A stretch of DNA of 64,000 nt, taken from the NCBI GenBank assembly GCA_964621595.1, contig CAZUPO010000001.1, positions 14,758 through 78,757 of the forward strand, given 5' to 3'. Positions 9,801 through 19,019 of the stretch are shown one piece after another. The DNA comes from an uncultured Candidatus Saccharibacteria bacterium. GTDB lineage: Bacteria; Patescibacteriota; Minisyncoccia; Phycocordibacterales; UBA5272. The notes below the pieces were generated by a model. It saw only the letters and a list, made by a program, of their open reading frames with translations. It was not told the origin of the DNA and ran no database searches. The position numbers and the translations under genes were made by a program. Within the stretch, counting starts at the first letter, position 1; each line of letters starts with the position of its first letter.

Positions 9801-10688
9801 TTAAGAATTTCTTTTTTCAGTATACAGGTCCTGTCCATACCCACCCACACCGATGTATTCAACTTTATCCTCTTGCTTGTGGAGGATATACTCATATATT
9901 CGACAATGCATGCATCCGCCGCTCCCAGTTCCGGGATCATACGCGCCACGAGGACAAACGAGAGTCTCCTCACCGCTACGTGCACGATCGCGCGCATCTT
10001 TAACTTTTAGTGCCACCTCGAGCACGTCGCGCCTTGCTGTATCGATCTCTGGTAACTCTTTTTCAACCACAGTATTGCTCTCTAAGTACCAGTATGATGC
10101 TTTTGTGACTTTTCGTGATTGCAATGCATTACAAAGTAATAAATAAATTGGTAATTGAAGAGAAGAATCTTTTTCTTCATATTTACCAGTTTTGAAGTCA
10201 ATAATATGCAGCGAGTCAGTAAGTGGCACGTACTCTATCCAATCAATTAAACCATTTAAAATAATATTATCTTCTTCACTAAGATAGAAGTTAGGCGGCA
10301 TGGTATCACGCTTTAATCGTAAACACTTATTTGTAAGAAATTTGGGGTCCTTGATGACGTTATTGATCATTTCTTTTCCGCGCATTTTAAACACTTCTTC
10401 TTCTTTGTCGTCCTTAAATCCACCCTGTTTACCAGTTACTTTTTCCCAAGCTTCTTCAAACTTGGCACGAAGATCTTTGTTCATTCTTTCATTATTCGGA
10501 TACGCACTTAATCCTTCTAAGACTTCGTGTACAGCAATACCAAGAGACATATGTGGGGTGACGAGAGAAATTTTTCTTCCTGTTGCTGGTGACTTGTACA
10601 TATTGTGCAAATAGTAAAGACGAGGGCACTTCAAAAAATCTCCCATGGAAGAATGCGACACCCATACTGCAGAATATTTATCAGCCAT
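9801..10688 (-). CDS. PD-(D/E)XK nuclease, RecB/Cas4-like with a 4-Cys cluster (AddB-nuclease-like)
   Basis: IIDFKTGKY RecB-nuclease motif; Cys at the N-terminus (KCPR) plus C-terminal CPRG…C..C; lies downstream of the AddA-like helicase. Confidence 0.75.
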   Translation of the reverse strand: MADKYSAVWVSHSSMGDFLKCPRLYYLHNMYKSPATGRKISLVTPHMSLGIAVHEVLEGLSAYPNNERMNKDLRAKFEEAWEKVTGKQGGFKDDKEEEVFKMRGKEMINNVIKDPKFLTNKCLRLKRDTMPPNFYLSEEDNIILNGLIDWIEYVPLTDSLHIIDFKTGKYEEKDSSLQLPIYLLLCNALQSRKVTKASYWYLESNTVVEKELPEIDTARRDVLEVALKVKDARDRARSGEETLVCPRGAYDPGTGSGGCMHCRIYEYILHKQEDKVEYIGVGGYGQDLYTEKRNS

Positions 10689-10775
10689 AGTTTATGTAGT
10701 AATCCTAAGTATACATGACCCACACGCTAACTATGTTATAATATCCAACCAGATCCTAACCCGGAAGGAAACGTC

Positions 10776-11129
10776 GTGGAAACCAGCGAAATGAAGGTAT
10801 ACCCGTTTGGACTGATGTTCCAGATCGCCGTGAGCGCCCTGCCGGCAATGAGGCGGCTCATTTGCTTGCATGTCTATGGCGGGGTTCAAACTACCACCAT
10901 TCGGTCGCAAACAGGGCTCTCGAGGAAGTTCCGCCTGCGCGTTGGAGAGAAAATTCAGGACCTCCCGGTTCCTCTACCCAGAAGCGAAGAGGTGCCCGAA
11001 CTCTCGTCCAGGGAGGTACGAAAATTGCTTGAGGACCTCGGCATCACGCCCAAGAAGTTGTCGGAAATGTTCAACATCCCCGAGGAGATCCTGAAGGAGA
11101 TGTGCCCACCCCAGCCTCCACTACAATGA
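10776..11129 (+). CDS. Hypothetical protein, GC-rich cassette B (GTG start)
   Basis: GGAAGGA RBS 5 nt before GTG at 10776; extended -10 TGTTATAAT at 10734-10742; high GC; no family recognised. Confidence 0.45.
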   Translation: METSEMKVYPFGLMFQIAVSALPAMRRLICLHVYGGVQTTTIRSQTGLSRKFRLRVGEKIQDLPVPLPRSEEVPELSSREVRKLLEDLGITPKKLSEMFNIPEEILKEMCPPQPPLQ

Positions 11130-11138
11130 AGCACCAAG

Positions 11139-11170
11139 CCCGGCCCGAATAAGGCCGGGCCAGTTTGTTT
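11139..11170 (+). terminator. Intrinsic terminator (GCCCGGCC…GGCCGGGC followed by TTTGTTTAT)
   Basis: Perfect GC hairpin followed by a T-rich tract after the cassette B stop. Confidence 0.7.
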
Positions 11171-11200
11171 ATACACTACAGAAACAACCCCAAGAATCCA

Positions 11201-14200
11201 CTACACCGCCCCACTGAGCAAATCTTCTTCGAATTGCTCTACGCCTTTGCGTGAGAGTTCGTACGTACTCGTGTCAGGAAAATCGAGATTAATAATTTTG
11301 TCATACACAACTGACACCAATTTTTGGAACCGAGAATACTCATCACCAGATATCTGAGAAAAAACTAGTTCAAGCGATGTGGTTACATCTCCATCATCTT
11401 CTTCTACAAACATAAGCACCCCGCGATCTACACTCTCGCGCCTATAGTCTCGCGAATGTTCTATAAGCATTTTATACATCATGAGCTGATACTTATAATT
11501 CCTGATCTTCATATCCTCATGAATACTTGTGCCTTTGTCCCAGCGCAAAAGCGGTTTACCTGTCTTTATATCCATGACAGTCCAACCACCTTCTTTACGT
11601 GCAATAACCCGATCAATTTTCCCTGTAATGTGTGCACCATCTACAACAACACCTTGTCTCTTGAAATCAAGTTCTGCATAAACAATATCTGGAAGTCTCT
11701 TCTTTTCTTCAGGATAATACCGCGCAAGCATTTCGACTCCGCGTGCACACATCTTCTCTTCTTCATACCCCATGAGCCGCCCACGTCGCAACTCTTTCTC
11801 AAACGAATTAGTAACGAAGGAGAGTGCTGGGACCGTTCCTTTTTCTTTATATGATTTATACATATCCTCGAGTGCTTTATGGACAGCAGTTCCATAAACA
11901 GAACTCGCATGCTTTGCTTGTGGGAAACGTAAAAGATTTTGTTCCAAGAATTTCATAGGCCCCCCGTCTATAATATTGAGAAAGTTATTCAAATGCGTTG
12001 GGGAGAGTTGATATCCTTCAAGAACTTTTTTAAGGAGTGCCTTCTCGTTGTTTGCAAATGGTGGAGCGTGGTGAACTTTGAGACCCAGAGCAAGTAGTTC
12101 CTTTGTCTTTACCACCTCTTGATCTTGCACGTACGAAGAAAGAGATTCGTGTTGTAATACTCTAAACATTTGATCGTGATACGTAATAGTTATTGAATGT
12201 CGCGCGCGCGTAAGTGCCACATAGAACAACCGTATGAAATCATCTTCATCATCGGGAGATTGCGCAAGTGGTAAGTTAATAGGGAATCGAAGTTTTGCAC
12301 TCTTACTACCACTCGCCCAGATATCATCATGAGCAGAAATAATAAACACATTACCAAATTCCAACCCCTTGGCACCGTGTGAGGTAAGGAGTGTGATTGA
12401 TTCTTCGTTGTGAGCAAATGGTGTGTTATTGATAAGGGCAATGTTGTACGCCAGATGCATATCGACAAACGGCCCCACATCACGCGTATAGAGAATCTCG
12501 CCATCTTTATATTCTCGAAGCGCTTTCACGAACACCCGAAGTGATGACAAAAAGTGTATGTAACTACTGGGATTTTTTGCGTATACCTCCTTACCAAAAT
12601 AATACTCTTTATATGGTGAAGAATAATCAACATCAACTCGAATCGGAGCGAGCACCTCGTAGAGATCATCATGCTCGTCGTCACTTACCAATGGCACATC
12701 TCTACTTCCGATCAATGTATCCAAAATAATTTCTAGAGGTGTTGTCTTTGCAAGTACCGATAGTTCAATAAGAAAATGTGCGATGAGGCGCACCTTCTCT
12801 CCTGTAGAATCTTTCATCGCAGCAAGCCACGAACAGTGTTCGCGTTTTGCATATTCTGCTATTTCCCACACTGTGATACGATCCAATCCCCAAAATGGAA
12901 ATGACAAAATCTCTGGTAAAAGGTGATCTGCATCCCCTCGTTCGTCTAACATCGCAGAGAGGAAACGACAGAGTATTACGAGTTCTTTTACATGTTGTTC
13001 ATCGAACACATTTTCTTCTCGTGTGTATGTATACGGGATAGAGAGTGCATCAAGGTATGGGAGTATCGCACGCAATTGCTTGTGCTCACGTGCGATGACA
13101 ACAATCTCCTCTTTCTTTTCTCCTTTTTCGATGAGTGCCTGTACCTGCTCTGCGACGAATGAATACTCCTCCACATCAGAATGAAATCCATACATCCCGA
13201 TTGACCCTTTGGAGATTTTTTTATTATTCGCACGAAGATCCTTTCGAAGAGTTGGATCATGGCGCTCGAGACGATTCTTCCCTTGGGTAATTACCTCTCG
13301 CGCAACCGTAAGCACCTCCTGTGTCGAACGATAGTTTTCAACAAGGACGATTGTCGTCACGTCGGTATACAGTTTTTTGAAACGCGCAATGTTAGAAGTA
13401 TCCGCCCCTTGGAATTTGTACACCGCCTGATCATCATCCCCCACCACACACACATTCGCCCGACCTTCGTGTACCTGATTGCTAGAGAGAGCCTTCACAA
13501 GAGTGAGTTGTGCTGTGTTAGTGTCCTGGAATTCATCCACCATGATGTACTGGTACTGCTCTTCAAGTTCAGTTCGAAGTGTAGAATGTTTCTCCAGGGC
13601 ACTCACAACCTCAATAATCATATCTTCGTAATCAAAGTACCCTCTAGAAAACAATGTCTCTTGGTACTCTTTGTAGATATCTGCGAGAGCTAATAATTTC
13701 TCTGTTTGCAAACTATCTTTTAATACACGTGACTCATCCTCATCCTTGGTGGTGTAGTGTTGCTTCCATGCAGTGAGTGGGGCTGTTGTTCCCGTTGCAT
13801 CATACTCTTCGAGTGCCTCTTGTATTGCCGCTCCATAGAGCATACCAAGAGGTTCCACACGAGACATCTTCTCTTCCAAATGTTCAAACGCCTCTACTGC
13901 GCTTTTAGAAATACGCTCCGGTAAGTGCTCTTGTAGGAGCGCATTGAGTGTTGCATAGTGGCGCGCGTTTTCTTCTATGTAGGTGCGAAATGTTGCCGGA
14001 TCTAGATTCCCCTTTTTGATATCTTGTATTTTTGTTTTGACATCTTTCAAATAAGAATACCCGAGTTCTTTGTGATACGCACCAAGAGGATGCTTGTGTG
14101 GTAGACGAGAAAAAATCCTCTCAAGGATTTCGTTCTGCACAAGGTCGCTTGCCGGACGCACCCGAGCGGCATTATAAAAATATTCTGGATATTTACCCAT

Positions 14201-14509
14201 CACCTCGGTACAGAATCCGTGAAATGTGTAAATGGCCACCCGGTGCGCATCAGGGCCGATGAACTGTAACAATCTGTCACGCATGTTTGTGGACGCAGTT
14301 TCGGTAAAAGTAAGACAGAGAATATTCTCCGCGCGAGCATTTCCCACTCGCAATATCTCTCCTATACGTAGTGCAATAAGTTCCGTCTTCCCAGTTCCTG
14401 GACCCGCCAAAACAAGGAGAGGACCCTCGGTAGTTTGTACTGCTTTTTTCTGCTCTTTATTAAGGAGAGAAAACCGTTCATCAAATGTATGTATAGTCTT
14501 CTTTGCCAT
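11201..14509 (-). CDS. UvrD/PcrA-type helicase with a C-terminal RecB-like nuclease (AddA-like)
   Basis: Walker A LAGPGTGKTE, UvrD helicase motifs, and a C-terminal MDIKTGKP nuclease motif. Confidence 0.85.
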   Translation of the reverse strand: MAKKTIHTFDERFSLLNKEQKKAVQTTEGPLLVLAGPGTGKTELIALRIGEILRVGNARAENILCLTFTETASTNMRDRLLQFIGPDAHRVAIYTFHGFCTEVMGKYPEYFYNAARVRPASDLVQNEILERIFSRLPHKHPLGAYHKELGYSYLKDVKTKIQDIKKGNLDPATFRTYIEENARHYATLNALLQEHLPERISKSAVEAFEHLEEKMSRVEPLGMLYGAAIQEALEEYDATGTTAPLTAWKQHYTTKDEDESRVLKDSLQTEKLLALADIYKEYQETLFSRGYFDYEDMIIEVVSALEKHSTLRTELEEQYQYIMVDEFQDTNTAQLTLVKALSSNQVHEGRANVCVVGDDDQAVYKFQGADTSNIARFKKLYTDVTTIVLVENYRSTQEVLTVAREVITQGKNRLERHDPTLRKDLRANNKKISKGSIGMYGFHSDVEEYSFVAEQVQALIEKGEKKEEIVVIAREHKQLRAILPYLDALSIPYTYTREENVFDEQHVKELVILCRFLSAMLDERGDADHLLPEILSFPFWGLDRITVWEIAEYAKREHCSWLAAMKDSTGEKVRLIAHFLIELSVLAKTTPLEIILDTLIGSRDVPLVSDDEHDDLYEVLAPIRVDVDYSSPYKEYYFGKEVYAKNPSSYIHFLSSLRVFVKALREYKDGEILYTRDVGPFVDMHLAYNIALINNTPFAHNEESITLLTSHGAKGLEFGNVFIISAHDDIWASGSKSAKLRFPINLPLAQSPDDEDDFIRLFYVALTRARHSITITYHDQMFRVLQHESLSSYVQDQEVVKTKELLALGLKVHHAPPFANNEKALLKKVLEGYQLSPTHLNNFLNIIDGGPMKFLEQNLLRFPQAKHASSVYGTAVHKALEDMYKSYKEKGTVPALSFVTNSFEKELRRGRLMGYEEEKMCARGVEMLARYYPEEKKRLPDIVYAELDFKRQGVVVDGAHITGKIDRVIARKEGGWTVMDIKTGKPLLRWDKGTSIHEDMKIRNYKYQLMMYKMLIEHSRDYRRESVDRGVLMFVEEDDGDVTTSLELVFSQISGDEYSRFQKLVSVVYDKIINLDFPDTSTYELSRKGVEQFEEDLLSGAV

Positions 14510-14597
14510 GTATCTTAGTATACGTGTTATTTATAAAATAAAAATGCTGGGGAAATGTGATGTAAAAGTAGCACAATAATTTCTATATTTGTCACTA

Positions 14598-14626
14598 TTG
14601 ACAAAATACTATAATAATAGTAGTAT
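14598..14626 (+). promoter_or_regulatory. sigma70-like promoter TTGACA-17-TAGTAT for cassette C
   Basis: Consensus -35 with correct spacing, upstream of the GC-rich ORF at 14683. Confidence 0.5.
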
Positions 14627-14682
14627 TAAAAGTTAAGTAGTACCCCAAATAACCCCCCCGATATCCCCTAAAAGGAACCGCC

Positions 14683-15171
14683 ATGAAAGTGCTCCAAAAA
14701 CTCGTCGACGTGGTGTGGAACCACGTCATGCAGTCCATCTTCACCCTCTTCCTCTTCAGCGCCATGGGCTTCATTACCAAGTACTCCTACAAGAGCCTCC
14801 TCCAGGAAACCGGGGTGAGCGGCCTCATCCTCCCCCTCGTGATCCTCACCTTCATCGCCACCCTCTTCTTCTGGGGGATGTGCCAGAAGGAGCCCTTCCT
14901 GCGGCTGAAGTCCCCCTGGATGTTCTTCGGGAATGGCGTTGGCGCCCTAGCGATGCTCATCATCATCATCGCGTGGATGGCCCTCGCGTGGACCATGTCG
15001 GAAGGCCTGGGCTGGTACTTCAGCCCCGAAGACGCCCACTATCTGATCCACGGGTCGGTTAACATCTCCGGCTTGGCGATGATCGGCTGCGCGGCGCTGT
15101 ACTTCTTCGATGTCGGGGTGGCGGACTGGATCCGCCAACGGCTCGAGAAGTTCCGCTTCATCAAGAAGTAA
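14683..15171 (+). CDS. Hypothetical polytopic membrane protein (~4 TM), GC-rich cassette C
   Basis: AAAAGGAACCGCC RBS; hydrophobic segments; high GC. Confidence 0.5.
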   Translation: MKVLQKLVDVVWNHVMQSIFTLFLFSAMGFITKYSYKSLLQETGVSGLILPLVILTFIATLFFWGMCQKEPFLRLKSPWMFFGNGVGALAMLIIIIAWMALAWTMSEGLGWYFSPEDAHYLIHGSVNISGLAMIGCAALYFFDVGVADWIRQRLEKFRFIKK

Positions 15172-15175
15172 ACCC

Positions 15176-15235
15176 AACCTGGACGACGGAGGCGTCCAGG
15201 TGTAGTACCCCCCGGTTAACCATACCGGGGGTTAT
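15176..15235 (+). terminator. Two consecutive intrinsic terminator hairpins
   Basis: ctggacgacggaggcgtccagg and cccccggttaaccataccgggggtt, followed by T-rich sequence. Confidence 0.6.
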
Positions 15236-15328
15236 AGTTTTATATACAGAAAAAATTTCTTACCAGTTTCGAATATCTAAACAAATTTTAATAAAAAAAA
15301 TAGACAGATTAATTTTAAAACAATGTAT

Positions 15329-15358
15329 TTGACAGATCGTCAATATATATGGTATAAT
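15329..15358 (+). promoter_or_regulatory. Consensus sigma70 promoter TTGACA-18-TGgTATAAT (extended -10) for cassette D
   Basis: Perfect -35 and -10 hexamers with a TG extension; RBS AAAGG before ATG at 15399. Confidence 0.65.
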
Positions 15359-15398
15359 ATATATTAGTCGTCCCCTACAACCAACGAAAGGTCCGCCC

Positions 15399-15881
15399 AT
15401 GACCACCGAATACCGCACTCTCGAACCGAACGTGTTCACCCCCGTCGACGCGACGTTCATCACCAACAACCCGAACCTCCCCTTCAACTGGCTGATCCCG
15501 GGCATCGACGACATCCTCATGAACCTCGAGATCTGGCAGATCGGCCTGGTCATCCTCGCCTTCATCATGCTGAACTTCATCAACCGGCTGCGCGATCGCA
15601 TCAAGCAGCACGAGCAGTGGAAGTCGCAAGCCGCGCCGGAAATCGTCGCGAAGTACGCGGCGGAGAACACTCCGGCCGCGTGCGTGAAGAAGGTCATCGC
15701 CTTCTTCCGCGAGTACAAGTTCGGCGCGGCGTTCAAGCGCGTCGTGATGGTGGTCGGCGGCACGATCTGCGCCGCCATCATCATGTACTTCTTCGCCGGC
15801 ACCGCCGGCGCCTTCTGGGCCGCCGCAAGCGCCCTCGGCATGTTGTACCAAGCGACGAAAAAAAAGGAGGTGACGGACTAG
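15399..15881 (+). CDS. Hypothetical membrane protein (2-3 TM), GC-rich cassette D
   Basis: High GC; hydrophobic helices; own promoter and terminator. Confidence 0.5.
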   Translation: MTTEYRTLEPNVFTPVDATFITNNPNLPFNWLIPGIDDILMNLEIWQIGLVILAFIMLNFINRLRDRIKQHEQWKSQAAPEIVAKYAAENTPAACVKKVIAFFREYKFGAAFKRVVMVVGGTICAAIIMYFFAGTAGAFWAAASALGMLYQATKKKEVTD

Positions 15882-15907
15882 AAACCCCACCCACCCCCTG
15901 CGGCACA

Positions 15908-15938
15908 ACGGCCGGAGCCTCGCGCTCCGGCCGTTTTA
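15908..15938 (+). terminator. Intrinsic terminator (ACGGCCGGAGC…GCTCCGGCCGT followed by TTTT)
   Basis: 11-bp GC stem plus a T-run after the cassette D stop. Confidence 0.7.
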
Positions 15939-16112
15939 ACTTTTATACTGCCGACAAACAAACTATTTTACCTTCTTTGGTTTCTTTTTTTCTTTACGAT
16001 GAAATTTTTCTTCTTTTGCCATATGCAGAGAAGTGTATATCAAAAATCAATCCTCATATGTGGATAGGATCACTTTTTGGTACATGGTGTAAATCTATGG
16101 TAGAGTGATTCT

Positions 16113-16360
16113 ACCTAGCCGTTTCTTGCCCCCGCTTGTGTCTCCCACTTGCACAGGGTGCCGGACTAATGAGAGATCTCTATCTCGCACAAGCGCTTGA
16201 CCAAAAAGAGTCGCCTGCGCAGTGTTGACGGCCATGGTCTGCATTTCGTCGTGTGAGTATCTAGTAGGAGTGGGGGTTTCCTCTGAGCCCCTGGGGTCCG
16301 ACCGAACCACGACGTAAATGCTCCCTCGATTACTTCCTCCGGGAAGTGCTCGAGGGTTCT
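16113..16360 (+). ncRNA. Candidate structured ncRNA (~250 nt, ORF-free and GC-enriched), class unassigned
   Basis: Upstream promoter TTGGTA-18-TGgTAGAGT at 16077-16106. Internal long-range pairing (CGCTTGTG / CACAAGCG). Ends in a nested hairpin with a UCCG tetraloop plus T-run (16323-16368). No RBS-led ORF. Confidence 0.3.
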
Positions 16361-16376
16361 TTGTTTATACATCATA

Positions 16377-16727
16377 CTAGTTACACATTTTTGATATAGT
16401 TCTGCCGTGATTACGTGCATCCTCGTCATTTGCAAAATAGATTCTATTTTTAGTGAGAATGTTTTGACTCCCCTTACACCAAGAGAATGTATACGTTGTT
16501 CCGTGAACGCTTCCAAAGGGTCGTGTATCTGTTCCACTACGAACCTGAGGAACCGTTGCTGATTCCCTATAAACAATGTCCTTGCTGTCTCCATTTTCAA
16601 ACGATTGGTAGAGGAGCAATCCCGCTAGCGGTATAAGTAATAAGAAAAGAGCAAGTATGTCCCCTATCTGTATACTGCTATTGATTTTTTGCAACTTTTC
16701 TTGTATACTAGTGTCCATAATCATCAA
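16377..16727 (-). CDS. Hypothetical membrane-anchored protein with a C-terminal Cys-containing domain
   Basis: N-terminal TM; AT-rich; faint resemblance to Ada-type Zn-binding domains (not secure). Confidence 0.5.
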   Translation of the reverse strand: MMIMDTSIQEKLQKINSSIQIGDILALFLLLIPLAGLLLYQSFENGDSKDIVYRESATVPQVRSGTDTRPFGSVHGTTYTFSWCKGSQNILTKNRIYFANDEDARNHGRTISKMCN

Positions 16728-16744
16728 GTTATAAGTATACCTCT

Positions 16745-17026
16745 ATGGCAACAAGAAAGGCCGCAGGTTCGGCAAAAAACCTAACAGACAGTAAGCCAAA
16801 GTACTTAGGTACCAAGCTTTACGCAGGCGAAATGGCGTCCGCTGGGGCTATTATCGTTCGTCAGCGTGGAACAAAGATCATCGCTGGTAAAAACGTAGGT
16901 ATGGGCAAGGATCACACCCTCTACGCACGAAAGAGTGGCGTAGTATCATTCAGTGAAAAGAGAATGAAGCACCTCGACGGTTCCATGAAGCGAAAGAAGG
17001 TAGCGAATATAACCGAAGCAAAGTAG
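16745..17026 (+). CDS. rpmA: 50S ribosomal protein L27
   Basis: [26 protein letters not shown] matches the L27 core. Confidence 0.9.
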   Translation: MATRKAAGSAKNLTDSKPKYLGTKLYAGEMASAGAIIVRQRGTKIIAGKNVGMGKDHTLYARKSGVVSFSEKRMKHLDGSMKRKKVANITEAK

Positions 17027-17050
17027 TACCAAAAGTACTCTAGAACTAAC

Positions 17051-17089
17051 AAAAATACCGCCAGTTGACCTGGTGGTATTTTTGTTTTT
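17051..17089. terminator. Bidirectional intrinsic terminator between rpmA (+) and rplI (-)
   Basis: A-run, then ATACCGCCAG / CTGGTGGTAT hairpin, then T-run. Confidence 0.6.
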
Positions 17090-17109
17090 CTTTAACCATC
17101 TAGGTACGG

Positions 17110-17550
17110 TTACATCACTGTGACCTTGATCGTTTCTTTTCTTCCAGACTCTTCCAAGATACACACGTGCTCTCCGAGAGATTTTATAATTTTTGGAAAA
17201 TGAATTTGCTTATTGGAAACAGATATCTTTGTTCGAGAAAAAATTGCATCCATTATATCAACGTCTTTGATCTGCGCAAAGAGTTGTCCTTTCTCATCAT
17301 GGCGCTTGCCAGTTATAACAATTGGATCTTTTTTGAGCGCTTCCACTACTTGCACAAAAGTATTGGTTGCTAATTCTTTTTCCCGACGTTTTGCATCTTC
17401 TTTTGACTTCCACTTTGCAAGTTCGCTTGATGTTGCAAGTACTGCTTGTCCCTTTTTAATAAGCACGTTAGTGCCGTATCCATCTGCTACATCTTTCACC
17501 TCGCCACGTCTTCCCACTCGCGCAATATCTTGCAGTAATATCACTTTCAT
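17110..17550 (-). CDS. rplI: 50S ribosomal protein L9
   Basis: MKVILLQDIARVGRRGEVKDVADGYGTNVLIKKGQAV matches the L9 N-domain; start taken at the MKV codon (17548-17550) rather than the upstream ORF-track M. Confidence 0.85.
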   Translation of the reverse strand: MKVILLQDIARVGRRGEVKDVADGYGTNVLIKKGQAVLATSSELAKWKSKEDAKRREKELATNTFVQVVEALKKDPIVITGKRHDEKGQLFAQIKDVDIMDAIFSRTKISVSNKQIHFPKIIKSLGEHVCILEESGRKETIKVTVM

Positions 17551-17625
17551 ATTGGCAAGTATACCATTTTTACTCATCTGTTTACATAGCCACACAGCAC
17601 GTGCTTTGTTGAATTTTGTATCTAC

Positions 17626-17690
17626 TATTCCCTACCACCTACAACCTATTCCCTACCACCTACCACCTATCCCCTATTACCTATCCCTAC
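17626..17690. repeat. Degenerate tandem repeat: two 21-bp units (tattccctaccacctacaacc / …ccacc) plus two shorter units, abutting the ctpA stop
   Basis: Direct reading of 17626-17690. Confidence 0.7.
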
Positions 17691-18940
17691 TTCATCCCTT
17701 TTACTACTTCGATTGCTTTCTTCAACTGTACATCAACCGGTGTCCCATCTTTGTTCTTTGGAGTACTAGTTCCAATCTCTACTTTTACATCAGGAACGAT
17801 ACCACTTTCTGAAATGTTAACGCCACCCGGTGTGTACCACTTAGCAACAGTTACTTTGAGAGATGAGCCATCGGTAAAGTTGAGTAATTCTTGAACAGAT
17901 CCTTTTCCAAATGTCTTTGTACCAACAACTTTTGCAATGCCATGATCCTTGAGCGCTCCGGAGAAAATTTCTGAAGCCGATGCAGATCCACCATCAACAA
18001 GCACAACTATTTTTATTCCAGTAGGAAGACCTTTGATGCCAGTACTTCGATGATTTAATTCTGTTTCGTTCTTGCCTTGCTTTTCGCTCACCACCACCTG
18101 ACCCTCACTTAAGAAGTAACTAGACATATTCACCGCCGCTTCCAAATACCCACCTGGGTTACCACGAAGATCGATAATCAAGTACTTCAATTTAGAATTA
18201 ACAAATTCTTCTAGACCCTTGCGGAAAAGATCTGGTGATTCTGCAGAGAAATTGTAAAGTTTAATAATAAAGACGCCATCTTTCTTCTCTGTATCGAGTG
18301 TTGGGATTTTGATCTCTTTTCTCACAATAGAAATATCTTTCGTTACTTTTTCCCCAGGATGAAGTACAGTTATAGTTACCTTTGTATCGAGTTCACCACG
18401 TATCAACGAAACTGCTTCATCAGATTGCATACCAATCATATTCTTTCCGTCCACCGCAGTGATGATATCTCCAGCTTTTATACCAGCTTTCATTGCAGGA
18501 GAATCCTTGAGCGGAGCGATAACCACGATGTTCCCATCCTTCATTCCGACATTCATACCAACTCCACCGAATGACCCTTTCACATTCTCGGCAAAATTCT
18601 TTGCTTCTTTTGGTGGAAAGAATATCGTATACGGATCTTTGTAACTTGCTACATAACCACTGATCATTCCATATTCACGCTCTTTGAGTGTTGGAAGTGT
18701 TGAAGATGACTTCCAGAAAACGAACTTCTCATCGATTTTGGACTGAACCTGGGTGAGCAAATCAAGACTGATAGCATTTGAATCTACGTTTTGTGCATAA
18801 GACACAGAACTAGTCGCATTACCAAGAAGAAATCCTGTCGCAAAGATTCCAAAGACAAGACTTCCGATTGCAATGCTTTTAATAACTAAACCTTTTGTGA
18901 TGTGGCTTGATGTGTGTGGGTGTGAAGATTCGTGATCCAT
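17687..18940 (-). CDS. ctpA: C-terminal processing peptidase, S41 family, with PDZ domain
   Basis: PDZ (GDIITAVDG) plus S41 catalytic region (LIIDLRGNPGG, GGSASASEIF, KTFGKGSVQ). Confidence 0.9.
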   Translation of the reverse strand: MDHESSHPHTSSHITKGLVIKSIAIGSLVFGIFATGFLLGNATSSVSYAQNVDSNAISLDLLTQVQSKIDEKFVFWKSSSTLPTLKEREYGMISGYVASYKDPYTIFFPPKEAKNFAENVKGSFGGVGMNVGMKDGNIVVIAPLKDSPAMKAGIKAGDIITAVDGKNMIGMQSDEAVSLIRGELDTKVTITVLHPGEKVTKDISIVRKEIKIPTLDTEKKDGVFIIKLYNFSAESPDLFRKGLEEFVNSKLKYLIIDLRGNPGGYLEAAVNMSSYFLSEGQVVVSEKQGKNETELNHRSTGIKGLPTGIKIVVLVDGGSASASEIFSGALKDHGIAKVVGTKTFGKGSVQELLNFTDGSSLKVTVAKWYTPGGVNISESGIVPDVKVEIGTSTPKNKDGTPVDVQLKKAIEVVKGMK

Positions 18941-19019
18941 ACGTTACCTTTATATTTCTTATGTTATAGAGAAGAGTATACACAAGATATGCTACAATGA
19001 AAGGAATATCCGGGAACCC

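Noticed and set aside
16113-16360. Attempted assignment of the 16.1 kb RNA as tmRNA or SRP RNA
   Set aside because: No in-frame tag peptide ending in AA-stop, no tRNA-like 3' end, and the GGAA-type SRP helix-8 motif is not matched. It is left as unclassified.
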